DNA of 64,000 nucleotides from Sphingomonadales bacterium (GCA_038319435.1 JBBQDG010000008.1:11319-75318); one strand, 5' to 3'. Positions 31,869 through 41,186 are shown, numbered from the stretch's first letter. Made by a program: numbers and translations. The notes: generated by a model from the letters alone, not told the origin.

Positions 31869-33149
31869 TCATTTACCGAGGCAAAAGCGGGAAAAAAGGG
31901 CATCTATAGCGTCTTCAACTCCAGCACAGCCGGTGAGCCGGTCGAACGCAACCCGCGTCGAACGAAGCGAATCGGCGAGTAACAGCAAATCATCGGGGGG
32001 TGTCCGAAGCAGTTGGGCTGCTTCAGCCACGCCAGCCGCTTGACGCTGGTTGATTGCAATTTCACCGTCCGCCGGCAGAAGCGAAATCGCTGCCTCCTTA
32101 ATCCTGCCCAGCAATTGTGCAATTCCAGCCCCGGTGACTGCTGAAACGGATAGAGCGCCATGAGCAGCGCTCGGCACGCCAAGATCCGACTTTGAAGCGA
32201 TCAGGAGAAGATGGGGATGGTTGGGGGCCTCAGCAGTCTCGCCCAACCATAACAGGATTTCAGCCCGTTCGGCCTCGGCGCGCGCGCGAACAATGCCAAT
32301 AGTCTCGATCGGGTCGGCGGATTCGCGGAGGCCCGCCGTGTCGACGAGCAGAAGGGGGATGCCGTCAATCGCCAGCGGAACTTCGATCGCGTCGCGCGTG
32401 GTGCCTGGGACGGCGGTTACAATGGCCCGGTCGCTGCCTGCGAGCGCATTGACCAAGCTAGATTTTCCGGCATTCGGTGGACCCGCCACCACAACACGGA
32501 TACCGTCCCTGAGACGCTCGGCGCGGGGGCGGGCGAGCCATTCGTCGAGTTCGGTGGCAAGCGCCATTGCGTCAGCGCGAAGCGCACCGGTGTCGGTCGC
32601 GGTCTCGTCTTCATCGCCGACATAATCGATCGCCGCCTCGGCACGGGCGGACAGGGCGAGGATGCTTGACTGCCATACGTTCACCTGGCGCGAGAGCGCA
32701 CCGCCAGCGAGCGCGAGTGCCGCGCGACGTTGGGATTCGGTCTCGGCTTCGAGCAGGTCGGCGAGGCCCTCGGCCTCGGTCAGGTCGATGCGCCCGTTGC
32801 CGAGCGCGCGGCGGGTGAATTCACCGGGTTCGGCCTGACGCAGACCAAATGACGTCAAGGCGTCGAGGATTGCGGCGACCACGGCTCGGCCACCATGGCA
32901 CTGATATTCCACGATATCCTCACCGGTCGCGCTGTCGGGAGCGTCGAAGCGAAGGAGCAGAGCGGAGTCCAAATCGGCGCCGGTTCGGGGATCGCGCAGA
33001 GTGCGTAACGTTGCTTGGCGCTGGGCCGGGAGCTGGCCCGCGAGCGCTTCCGCTGTCGCTTTCGCCTGCGGGCCGCTGGTGCGGATAACGGCGATTGCGG
33101 CCGGCGGGCGACCGCTGCTCAGCGCGGCAATCGTGTCGCCGAAACCCAT
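31869..33149 (-). CDS. mnmE: tRNA modification GTPase MnmE (TrmE)
   Basis: DTIAALSSG, GEFTRRA, GPPNAGKSS, PGTTRD, DTAG, FSRFCLGK. Confidence 0.97.
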   Translation of the reverse strand: MGFGDTIAALSSGRPPAAIAVIRTSGPQAKATAEALAGQLPAQRQATLRTLRDPRTGADLDSALLLRFDAPDSATGEDIVEYQCHGGRAVVAAILDALTSFGLRQAEPGEFTRRALGNGRIDLTEAEGLADLLEAETESQRRAALALAGGALSRQVNVWQSSILALSARAEAAIDYVGDEDETATDTGALRADAMALATELDEWLARPRAERLRDGIRVVVAGPPNAGKSSLVNALAGSDRAIVTAVPGTTRDAIEVPLAIDGIPLLLVDTAGLRESADPIETIGIVRARAEAERAEILLWLGETAEAPNHPHLLLIASKSDLGVPSAAHGALSVSAVTGAGIAQLLGRIKEAAISLLPADGEIAINQRQAAGVAEAAQLLRTPPDDLLLLADSLRSTRVAFDRLTGCAGVEDAIDALFSRFCLGK

Positions 33150-33150
33150 G

Positions 33151-33783
33151 TCAGACGAGGTGCGGGGCGACTTCGTGCCAGCCTTCGTAGATCATTTTGC
33201 ACGCGACGTAGAGAATGACCGCAAGGCCGACCCAGGCAATCCAGCGGAAGCGCTCGATATATTTGGCGATGACGTTGGCAGCGACGCCCATCAGGATGAC
33301 CGACAGGACCAGCCCGAAGGCGAGGATCCACGGATGGTCGCGAGCGGCACCGGCAACGGCGAGGACATTGTCGAGGCTCATCGAGACGTCGGCGAGGGCG
33401 ACTCCCCACGCGGCGCTGGCAAAAGTACGCGCAGGCTTGACGCCGCTATGCTCGTCTCCGGCGATCTCGGCGCTGCCGGGATTGGCCTGGGCCTGGCGCA
33501 ACTCGCGGACCATCTTCCACGCCACCCACAAGAGGAGGAAGCCGCCAGCAAGGACGAGGCCGACGATCTGGAGCAGTTGCGAGACAATGAGGGCGAAGAA
33601 AATGCGCAGGACCAGCGCCGCGGCGACCCCCAGCATGATCACCTTCTTGCGCTGGTCGGCGGGGAGGCCCGCGGCGAGCGCGCCGACGACGATCGCATTG
33701 TCGCCAGCGAGGACGATGTCGATCAGCAGAATCTCGACCAGGGCGGTCAGTGCCGACGGGGTGATGAAGGTCGCGATGTCCAT
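33151..33783 (-). CDS. TerC/YjbE-family membrane protein (paralog 1)
   Basis: IDIVLAGDNAIV, ADVSMSLDNVLAVAG, multiple TM segments. Confidence 0.9.
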   Translation of the reverse strand: MDIATFITPSALTALVEILLIDIVLAGDNAIVVGALAAGLPADQRKKVIMLGVAAALVLRIFFALIVSQLLQIVGLVLAGGFLLLWVAWKMVRELRQAQANPGSAEIAGDEHSGVKPARTFASAAWGVALADVSMSLDNVLAVAGAARDHPWILAFGLVLSVILMGVAANVIAKYIERFRWIAWVGLAVILYVACKMIYEGWHEVAPHLV

Positions 33784-33834
33784 GGATCATGCCATGCCCA
33801 GCCAAGAGCGCGCCTGCAAGCAGGAGTAGAGCGT

Positions 33835-34497
33835 CTAGGCGAAGAAGCTGGTGATGCCCTTGATGTGTTCGTCGCCGATCCAGCCGTCGTAGATCATGTT
33901 GCCCGCGACCCACAGGATCACGACGAAGCCGATCCAGCTGATCCAGTGATAGCGCTGGACGAGGCGAGCGACGAGGTTGGCGGCGAGGCCCATGAGCAGT
34001 ACCGAGAAGGTCAGGCCGATGAACAGCAACGCCGGATTGTCGCGCGCGATCGAGGCGACCAGGAGAACATTGTCGAGGCTCATCGACAGGTCGGCAAGCG
34101 TGATCTGGATCGCCGCCTTGAGGAAGGATTTGGAAGCGGGGGGGCCTTCGATCGCGGCGGTGTCGGGGTCGTCGGCGATGATAATTTTCTTCGCCGGGCG
34201 AAGTTCGCGCCACATGTTGTAGGCAACCCACAGCAGCAGCAGCCCGCCCGCAAACAGCAGCCCGGTGATCTTGAGCAATTGAGTCGCGACGAGCGCAAAA
34301 CCGATCAGGAAGACCAGCGCGATCGAGACGCCGAGGAAAAGGACTTTCCGGCGTTGCTTGTCGGGCAGGCCCGAGGCGATCGTGCCCATGATGACGACAT
34401 TGTCACCGGCCATGGTGAGGTCGCCGAGAATGATCTGGCCGAGGCTGGCGAGCCCGGTTGGGGTCAGGGCCGAGGCAAAGTTGAGGGTGGGAATCAT
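33835..34497 (-). CDS. TerC/YjbE-family membrane protein (paralog 2)
   Basis: GDLTMAGDNVV, ADLSMSLDNVLLVA, multiple TM segments. Confidence 0.88.
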   Translation of the reverse strand: MIPTLNFASALTPTGLASLGQIILGDLTMAGDNVVIMGTIASGLPDKQRRKVLFLGVSIALVFLIGFALVATQLLKITGLLFAGGLLLLWVAYNMWRELRPAKKIIIADDPDTAAIEGPPASKSFLKAAIQITLADLSMSLDNVLLVASIARDNPALLFIGLTFSVLLMGLAANLVARLVQRYHWISWIGFVVILWVAGNMIYDGWIGDEHIKGITSFFA

Positions 34498-34562
34498 CAA
34501 TCGGCCTTAGCGCGAAACCGCCAAACCGACACGCATGAAGCGTGCCGGATTTGCCGGCTCAG

Positions 34563-35819
34563 CTATTGATTCATGCTCGCGAAGAAATCCTCGTTCGACT
34601 TGGCGTCCTTCATCTTGTCGAGGAGGAACTGCATCGCGTCGATCGTGCCCATCTGCATGAGGATGCGGCGCAATACCCACATTTTCGAGAGGGTCGACTG
34701 GTCGACCAGCAGCTCTTCCTTGCGCGTGCCCGACTTGCCGACGTCGAGCGACGGGAAGATGCGCTTGTCCGAAACCTTGCGATCGAGCACGATTTCGGAG
34801 TTGCCGGTGCCCTTGAACTCTTCGAAAATGACCTCGTCCATCTTCGATCCGGTATCGATCAGCGCGGTCGCGATGATCGACAGCGAACCGCCTTCCTCGA
34901 TCTTGCGCGCGGCGCCGAAGAAGCGCTTCGGGCGCTGGAGCGCGTTGGCGTCGACGCCGCCAGTCAGGACCTTGCCCGACGAGGGGACGACGGTGTTGTA
35001 GGCGCGGCCGAGGCGGGTGATCGAATCGAGCAGGATCACGACATCCTTCTTGTGCTCGACGAGGCGCTTGGCCTTTTCGATGACCATTTCGGCGACCTGG
35101 ACGTGGCGCGACGCAGGCTCGTCGAAGGTCGAGGAGATGACCTCGCCCTTCACGCTGCGCTGCATGTCGGTGACTTCCTCGGGACGCTCGTCGATCAGCA
35201 GGACGATCAGGAACACTTCGGGATGATTGTCGGTGATCGCCTTGGCGATGTTCTGCAGCAGCACGGTCTTGCCGGTGCGCGGCGGGGCGACGATCAGAGC
35301 GCGCTGGCCCTTGCCCTGCGGGCTGACGATATCGATCACCCGTGCCGACTTGTCCTTGACGGTCGGGTCGAGCGTATCGAGGCGCAGCTTGCTGTTGGGA
35401 TAGAGTGGCGTCAGATTGTCGAAATTGACGCGATGACGGACCGCGTCGGGCTCATCGAAATTAATCTGGGTGATGCGGGTCAGCGCGAAATAGCGCTCGC
35501 CGTCCTTGGGCCCGCGGATCTCGCCTTCGATCGTGTCGCCGGTGCGCAGCGCGAAGCGACGAACGAGCTGAGGCACCACATAAATATCGTCGGGGCCGGC
35601 GAGGTAATTGGCCTCGGGGCTGCGCAGGAAACCAAAGCCGTCATTGAGGACCTCGATCGTGCCCATGCCCATGATCTCGGCGCCCGATTCGGCGCGGACC
35701 TTGAGGATCGAGAACATCAAATCCTGCTTGCGCAGCGTCGAGGCGCCCTCGATGCCCATCTCTTCGGCCATCGCGACGAGTTCGGCGGGGGTATTTTTCT
35801 TTAAATCTTTAAGATGCAT
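34563..35819 (-). CDS. rho: transcription termination factor Rho
   Basis: [42 protein letters not shown]. Confidence 0.98.
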   Translation of the reverse strand: MHLKDLKKNTPAELVAMAEEMGIEGASTLRKQDLMFSILKVRAESGAEIMGMGTIEVLNDGFGFLRSPEANYLAGPDDIYVVPQLVRRFALRTGDTIEGEIRGPKDGERYFALTRITQINFDEPDAVRHRVNFDNLTPLYPNSKLRLDTLDPTVKDKSARVIDIVSPQGKGQRALIVAPPRTGKTVLLQNIAKAITDNHPEVFLIVLLIDERPEEVTDMQRSVKGEVISSTFDEPASRHVQVAEMVIEKAKRLVEHKKDVVILLDSITRLGRAYNTVVPSSGKVLTGGVDANALQRPKRFFGAARKIEEGGSLSIIATALIDTGSKMDEVIFEEFKGTGNSEIVLDRKVSDKRIFPSLDVGKSGTRKEELLVDQSTLSKMWVLRRILMQMGTIDAMQFLLDKMKDAKSNEDFFASMNQ

Positions 35820-35933
35820 GTCGGGCTCGTGGATGAGAGCGGAAGGAAAATTCGTCGCGCGACAGGACGCCGCTCGGAATGGGGCGCGCACCGACGAAGG
35901 GGGAAACAGGCCGGCGCGGCCGTCTGGTGACGG

Positions 35934-35962
35934 GCGTTAGGTCTCGGCTTGCTTCAAGTCAA
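35934..35962 (-). promoter_or_regulatory. sigma70-type promoter of rho
   Basis: minus strand TTGACT-17 nt-TAACGC, giving a leader of about 110 nt. Confidence 0.55.
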
Positions 35963-35997
35963 TATGGGGTTGAGGATCGAGAATCCAAATTCCCAGT

Positions 35998-36048
35998 CCT
36001 AAAACGGCTTCACGCCCTTGTCGTCGTATCGCCTAAAACGGCTTCACG
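35998..36048. repeat. 17-bp direct repeat duplicating the hemJ 3' end
   Basis: CCTAAAACGGCTTCACG at 35998-36014 and 36032-36048. Confidence 0.9.
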
Positions 36049-36485
36049 ATGACCAGCACGACAATCAGCGCCGTCGCGATACCCGGAACTTCGTTCATGA
36101 TGCGCAACGTGCGATTGGCGAGCGGGCGCTTGCCTTTCGCCAGCTTGCGGCCATAGCTGCCGAGCCAGCCCTGATAGCCGGTGAGCAGGATCACGAGGCT
36201 CAGCTTGGCATCAAACCAGTGCTGGCCGAACGCCCCAATGTGAAAGGCGAGCAGCAGGCCGAGCAACCACACGATGACCATCGCCGGGGTCAGGATGATC
36301 GAGCGGACCCGCGCCTCGCGCTCGATCCACGCGCGGTCCTCGACCGACCCCGGGCTGGTGGCGTGGTGATAGACGTAGAAACGGGGGAGCAGGAACAGGC
36401 CGGCCATCCAGAAGATGACGAAGGTGACGTGGGCGGCCTTGACCCACGGGTAGGCGTTGCCGAGGAAACCGATCCAGTTGCTCAT
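36033..36485 (-). CDS. hemJ: protoporphyrinogen oxidase HemJ
   Basis: WVKAAHV.FVIFWMAG, LPRFYVYH, NEVP, VIVKPF. Confidence 0.92.
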   Translation of the reverse strand: MSNWIGFLGNAYPWVKAAHVTFVIFWMAGLFLLPRFYVYHHATSPGSVEDRAWIEREARVRSIILTPAMVIVWLLGLLLAFHIGAFGQHWFDAKLSLVILLTGYQGWLGSYGRKLAKGKRPLANRTLRIMNEVPGIATALIVVLVIVKPF

Positions 36486-37543
36486 GCAGGGGCCTTTAGC
36501 AGCGAAACCAGCAATTCGACATGCTCGATCGGCGTGTCCTGCTGGATACCGTGGCCAAGGTTGAAGATGTGCGGGCGGGTCGGGAATGCGGCACGGATCC
36601 GCTCGACGGCGACGCGCAGCGTGTCGCCCCCCGCGATCAGCGCGAGCGGGTCGAGATTGCCTTGCACGGGGAGACCTTCAGGCAATTCGGCATTGGCCCA
36701 CACCGGATCGACCGTCTCGTCGAGACCAATCGCATCGACCCCGGTCAGTCTCGCATAAGCTGCGAGCTTGCCCCCGGCCCCCTTCGGGAAGCCAATGATG
36801 GGGATATGCGGATGGCGTGCCTTGAGCGCCGCGACCAGCCGCGCGGTCGGGGCGATGACCCACCGCTCGAACTCCGTCGGAGCAAGACTGCCCGACCAGC
36901 TGTCGAACAATTGAAGTGCATCAACCCCGGCTTCGACCTGACCCGAGAGATAGGTCAGCGTGACCTCCTCGATTCGCTCGATGATCGCCTGGAACCGCGC
37001 GGGGTCGCAATAAGCGAGCCGGCGAGTGTCGGACTGCTCGCGACTGCCTTGCCCTGCGACCATGTAGGTGGCCACCGTCCATGGACTTCCGGCGAACCCC
37101 AGAAATGTCGTCTCAGGCGACAAAGCGGCCTTGACCCCTCTCACCGTGGCGTAAATCGGCTCGAGGCGCTCCAAGGCTGGCTGGAGGTCCTCCAGCGCGG
37201 CATTCATCAGCGGAGGCGACAGCCGCGGTCCCTCGCCGGCGACGAATTCCAGATGCTGGCCGATCGCGTGGGGGACGATGAGGATGTCGCTGAACAGGAT
37301 CGCGCCGTCGAAGGCGAAGCGGCGCAGCGGCTGAAGGGTGACTTCGGCGGCGGCTTGCGGGTCATAGGCCAGCCCGAGAAAGCCGTCTTTCGTCGCCCTG
37401 AGCGCACGATACTCGGGCAAATACCGTCCTGCCTGGCGCATCATCCACAAGGGTGGCGGATCGCGGCGCTCGCCTCGCAGCACGGCGAGCAGCGGCTTGT
37501 CGGCGGTTTTGGCGTGGGGATTCAGGTCGGGCGCGCTCGCCAC
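36482..37543 (-). CDS. hemE: uroporphyrinogen decarboxylase
   Basis: WMMRQAGRYLPEY, AILFSDIL, GFAGSPWT, QGNLDP, FNLGHG. Confidence 0.97.
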   Translation of the reverse strand: MASAPDLNPHAKTADKPLLAVLRGERRDPPPLWMMRQAGRYLPEYRALRATKDGFLGLAYDPQAAAEVTLQPLRRFAFDGAILFSDILIVPHAIGQHLEFVAGEGPRLSPPLMNAALEDLQPALERLEPIYATVRGVKAALSPETTFLGFAGSPWTVATYMVAGQGSREQSDTRRLAYCDPARFQAIIERIEEVTLTYLSGQVEAGVDALQLFDSWSGSLAPTEFERWVIAPTARLVAALKARHPHIPIIGFPKGAGGKLAAYARLTGVDAIGLDETVDPVWANAELPEGLPVQGNLDPLALIAGGDTLRVAVERIRAAFPTRPHIFNLGHGIQQDTPIEHVELLVSLLKAPA

Positions 37544-37888
37544 TTATCTTCCTAACTTATAGATTCTTTAAGAATAGAATGAAGCAGTAGATGGTCGCTG
37601 GGTCGCGGGGTTTAGGGCTGCGTCCCGGCTTTGCCAACAGGCGGGCGGGAGGAACGACTCATGGAGTCAGCGCGAGTCGTCAAGCAATGTCCCCGCTATC
37701 CACAGCGTGGTGGTCGGGCGACACAGGCTGGGGACGGGCGTGGGGACCGGGGTCGCGCGAAACGGGATGGGTGGCCGGTCTTTTTCCGCCCCCGCTGCTG
37801 GGCTACGGAACATCATGAGCTTATCCACAAGCATGTACCGGATCATCGCCCGGACACTGGCCCGGACACTGGCCCGGACTTTCGCCCG
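37544..37888. other. probable chromosomal replication origin (oriC)
   Basis: hemE-maf divergent gap; TTATCCACA at 37821-37829, CTATCCACA at 37696-37704, AT-rich stretch 37544-37590, clustered GANTC sites; parS and parAB nearby. Confidence 0.85.
37848..37883 (+). repeat. 12-bp tandem repeat immediately upstream of maf
   Basis: GCCCGGACACTG GCCCGGACACTG GCCCGGACTTTC. Confidence 0.9.
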
Positions 37889-38470
37889 ATGACCATCCTG
37901 GCTTCGGGAAGCGCGATCCGGCGGGCGCTGCTCGAGGGCGTCGGGCTCGATTTCACGATCGAGCGGCCGGGGATAGACGAGGATGCGCTCAAGCAGGATT
38001 TCGCCGGGACGACCGAAGCGCTGGCGACGATGCTGGCGGCGGCCAAGGCGGTCGCGGTCAGCGGGCGGTTCCCGAACGAATTCGTGATCGGCAGCGATTC
38101 GATCGCCGAATGCCGGGGCCGCCGGTTCGACAAGCCGCGCGATCGCGCCGAGGCGGCCGAGCATTTGCGCTTCTTCTCGGGCAAGGCGCTGTGCCTGGTC
38201 AGTGCGGCCGTCCTTGCGCGCGGGGGAACGGCCGAATGGGACCATGTCGAGCGCGCCCGGCTGTGGGTGCGGCGCTTGTCCGACGCGTTCATCGAGGATT
38301 ATCTTGCCGCCGAATGGCCCGAGGTCGCTGGCTGCGTCGGGGTGTTCCGGATGGAAGGCCGCGGGGCGACGCTGTTCGAACGGGTCGAGGGAAGCCATTT
38401 CACTGTGCTCGGCCTGCCGCTGCTGCCGTTGCTGGGCGCCTTGCGCGAGCGCGACGAGATGACGTCATGA
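37889..38470 (+). CDS. maf: Maf-family nucleoside triphosphate pyrophosphatase
   Basis: ILASGS..RRALL, IDE, KA, VIGSDS, KP, F.MEG.G; start ATG 37889. Confidence 0.92.
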   Translation: MTILASGSAIRRALLEGVGLDFTIERPGIDEDALKQDFAGTTEALATMLAAAKAVAVSGRFPNEFVIGSDSIAECRGRRFDKPRDRAEAAEHLRFFSGKALCLVSAAVLARGGTAEWDHVERARLWVRRLSDAFIEDYLAAEWPEVAGCVGVFRMEGRGATLFERVEGSHFTVLGLPLLPLLGALRERDEMTS

Positions 38471-39276
38471 CGCGCCCCTATGCCGAAGTGATCGGCGACC
38501 CGATCGCCCATTCCAAGTCGCCGCTGATCCACAATTTCTGGCTCGAGAAGCTTGGTATTGATGCCGAATATCGGGCGACGCGGGTTACTCAAGCCGAGTT
38601 ACCCGGTTATTTTGAGGCCCGTCGGCCCGATCCACTCTTTCGCGGTTGCAACATCACCATGCCGTTGAAGGCGGCGGCCTTGCCGCTGCTGAACACAGCG
38701 GGGCGAGGGGCTGCTGCGATCGGCGCGGTAAATACCGTTCGGCGCGGCGAGGACGGACGGCTTCACGGACGAAACTCGGACGTCCACGGCGTTTGGCGCG
38801 CGATGGGTGGCATCGACCTTGCGGGCCAGACCGTTTTGCTGATTGGCAATGGCGGTGCTGCGCGTGCAGCCGCCTACGCGTTAAAGCGGTGCGAAATTGA
38901 TGAACTGATCGTGATGTGCCGCATTTCAGCGGTCGCTCAAGACATTCTCGATGAATTCGGATTGGCCGGAACGAGCGTTCCGTTTGGCGCTTTCCCTCCC
39001 GCAGCGGTTCTCATCAACGCGACTCCGCTTGGAATGGCCGGCAAGCCGTGGGGTTCGCTCGATTTCTCGCTTGTCTCTCCTGAAGCGGTTGCGTTCGACA
39101 TGGTCTATCAGCCCGTCGAGACTGAATTCCTGATTCGTGCGGCTGACGCGGGTTTGCGCTGTGTTGGCGGATTAACGATGCTGATTCATCAAGCGGATGA
39201 AGCGTTCGCGACGCTGTTCGGAATGGGCGCCCCTCGCGAACATGACGCCGAACTTCGCGCGAGGCTCATCGCATGA
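38467..39276 (+). CDS. aroE: shikimate dehydrogenase
   Basis: VIGDPIAHSKSP, GCNITMPLK, GAVNTV, GNGGAARA, INATPLG, DMVY.P. Confidence 0.95.
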   Translation: MTRPYAEVIGDPIAHSKSPLIHNFWLEKLGIDAEYRATRVTQAELPGYFEARRPDPLFRGCNITMPLKAAALPLLNTAGRGAAAIGAVNTVRRGEDGRLHGRNSDVHGVWRAMGGIDLAGQTVLLIGNGGAARAAAYALKRCEIDELIVMCRISAVAQDILDEFGLAGTSVPFGAFPPAAVLINATPLGMAGKPWGSLDFSLVSPEAVAFDMVYQPVETEFLIRAADAGLRCVGGLTMLIHQADEAFATLFGMGAPREHDAELRARLIA

Positions 39277-39869
39277 CGCTCAAGCTGGCGTTGACCGGGT
39301 CGATCGGGATGGGCAAATCGACCGTCGCGGCAATGTTCGTCGACGCCGGCATACCGCTGTTCGACGCCGATGCCGCGGTTCGCAAACTGCAGGGGCCGCA
39401 GGGCGCGCTGGTTGCGGCGATCGAGGCGCGCTTTCCCGGGACAACCGAGGGCGGCGCGGTCGATCGCGAGCGGTTGGCGGCGCGAGTGCTCGGCAATCGC
39501 GACGAGCTCGCCGCGCTCGAGGTGCTGGTCCACCCGGCGGTACATGCTGCGCGCGAGACGTTCCTGGCGGAGCATCGCGGCGAACCGGCCCTGCTGTTCG
39601 ACATTCCGCTACTGTTCGAAACCGGCGGTGAGGGCGCGTTCGACAAGATCATCGTCGTTTCCGCGCCAACCCATGTGCAGCGCGAACGCGTGCTCGCACG
39701 CCCCGGCATGAGCCGCGACAAATTTGACGCGATCATCGCGCGCCAGATGCCCGATGCCGAGAAGCGCGCGCGCGCCGATTTCGTCATCGATACCGCCACC
39801 AGTTTGGGCGAAACTCGGGCGCAAGTGACGCGCATCCTTGCTTGTCTCGGCCTGCCAACGGGTGAATAA
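39273..39869 (+). CDS. coaE: dephospho-CoA kinase
   Basis: LTGSIGMGKST, DAD, VHP, DIPLLFE, RQMPD. Confidence 0.96.
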   Translation: MTLKLALTGSIGMGKSTVAAMFVDAGIPLFDADAAVRKLQGPQGALVAAIEARFPGTTEGGAVDRERLAARVLGNRDELAALEVLVHPAVHAARETFLAEHRGEPALLFDIPLLFETGGEGAFDKIIVVSAPTHVQRERVLARPGMSRDKFDAIIARQMPDAEKRARADFVIDTATSLGETRAQVTRILACLGLPTGE

Positions 39870-39876
39870 GGGCGTC

Positions 39877-40572
39877 ATGCGCGAAATAGTGTTCGACACG
39901 GAAACGACCGGCCTCAGCCCGGCGGGGGGCGACCGCATCGTTGAAATCGGCTGCGTCGAGATGATCAACCGGGTCGAGACCGGGCGCGAATATCACGCTT
40001 ACTTCCACCCCGAACGACCGATGCCGAGCGAGGCCGAGGCAGTCCATGGCCTGTCCGACCGGTTCCTCAGCGACAAGCCGCTGTTCCGCGACAAGGCGCA
40101 GGAACTGGTCGACTTTCTCGGCGACGCGCCGCTGGTCGCGCACAATGCCGGGTTCGATTTCGGCTTCCTCAACCGCGAGCTCGAACTGTGCGGGCGCGAC
40201 CCGGTGTGCCTGAGCCGGATGGTCTGCACGCTGGTCCTTGCGCGCAGCCGCCACCCCGGCGCCAAGCACAGCCTCGATGCGCTGTGCTCCCGCTTCGGGG
40301 TCGATCGCAGTCAGCGGGTCAAGCATGGCGCGCTGCTCGACGCGCAACTGCTCGTCCAGGTCTATATCGAGCTGACCGGCGGGCGGCAGATCGGGCTCGG
40401 GCTCATGTCCGACGCTGCATCGACCGCCAGCGCGGCACCCACCGCTCCGATCGACCGCCCTGTCCGCGAGGCTCGGCCTCATTTCGCGAGCGATGAAGAA
40501 ATCGCCCGCCATCGTGCGTTCATTGCCCGGCTCAAGCAGCCGTTGTGGGAGCGCTTCCTGCCGGCCGCTTGA
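39877..40572 (+). CDS. dnaQ: DNA polymerase III epsilon subunit
   Basis: VFDTETTG, VAHNAGFD, HGALLDA, LTGGRQ. Confidence 0.97.
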   Translation: MREIVFDTETTGLSPAGGDRIVEIGCVEMINRVETGREYHAYFHPERPMPSEAEAVHGLSDRFLSDKPLFRDKAQELVDFLGDAPLVAHNAGFDFGFLNRELELCGRDPVCLSRMVCTLVLARSRHPGAKHSLDALCSRFGVDRSQRVKHGALLDAQLLVQVYIELTGGRQIGLGLMSDAASTASAAPTAPIDRPVREARPHFASDEEIARHRAFIARLKQPLWERFLPAA

Positions 40573-40598
40573 AGTGCCGGTGACGTAGGAGAGACAAT

Positions 40599-41186
40599 TT
40601 GGATATCAGGGTTTCGGGACACCAGGTCGACACCGGTGAAGCATTGCGCACGCACGTCAGCGAACGCATCGGCGCGATCACCGACAAATATTTCTCGCGC
40701 GCGGTCGCCGCCAACGTCACCTTCGGACGCGGGCCTTATGACGATTTCACCTGCGATATCGTTTCGCCCGTGTCGCAGGGCGTCGTGCTCAAGGCATCGA
40801 ACCGCGCCAACGACGCGCACGTTGCGTTTGAAGGCGCGGCGGACAAGATCGAGAAGCAATTGCGCCGCTATGTGAAGCGGTTGCGCGAACGGCGCGGGCA
40901 GGCGGTCGAGAGCAATGGCGACGAGATCCCCGCAATCCAGGCCAATGCCGGCTACACCATCTTTGCCGTGCCCAAGGACGAAGACAGCGAAATCCCCGAC
41001 AGCCCGCCGATCATTGCCGAAACGCGGGTCGATATCCCCGAAGCGAGCGTCGGCGATGCGGCGATGATGCTCGATCTGCGCAACACCAACGCTCTGATGT
41101 TCAAAAACGCCAAGACCGGCGATTATAACATGATCTATCGCCGGGATGACGGGACGATCGGCTGGGTTGAGCCCGGCGGGGCCTGA
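40599..41186 (+). CDS. hpf: ribosome hibernation promoting factor (long HPF/RaiA)
   Basis: IRVSGHQVDTGEAL, KIEKQLRRY, C-terminal NMIYRRDDGTIGWVEP. Confidence 0.93.
   Translation: MDIRVSGHQVDTGEALRTHVSERIGAITDKYFSRAVAANVTFGRGPYDDFTCDIVSPVSQGVVLKASNRANDAHVAFEGAADKIEKQLRRYVKRLRERRGQAVESNGDEIPAIQANAGYTIFAVPKDEDSEIPDSPPIIAETRVDIPEASVGDAAMMLDLRNTNALMFKNAKTGDYNMIYRRDDGTIGWVEPGGA

Noticed and set aside
37544-37888. Absence of dnaA/dnaN next to the predicted origin
   Set aside because: Normal for alphaproteobacteria, where oriC lies by hemE and is unlinked from dnaA
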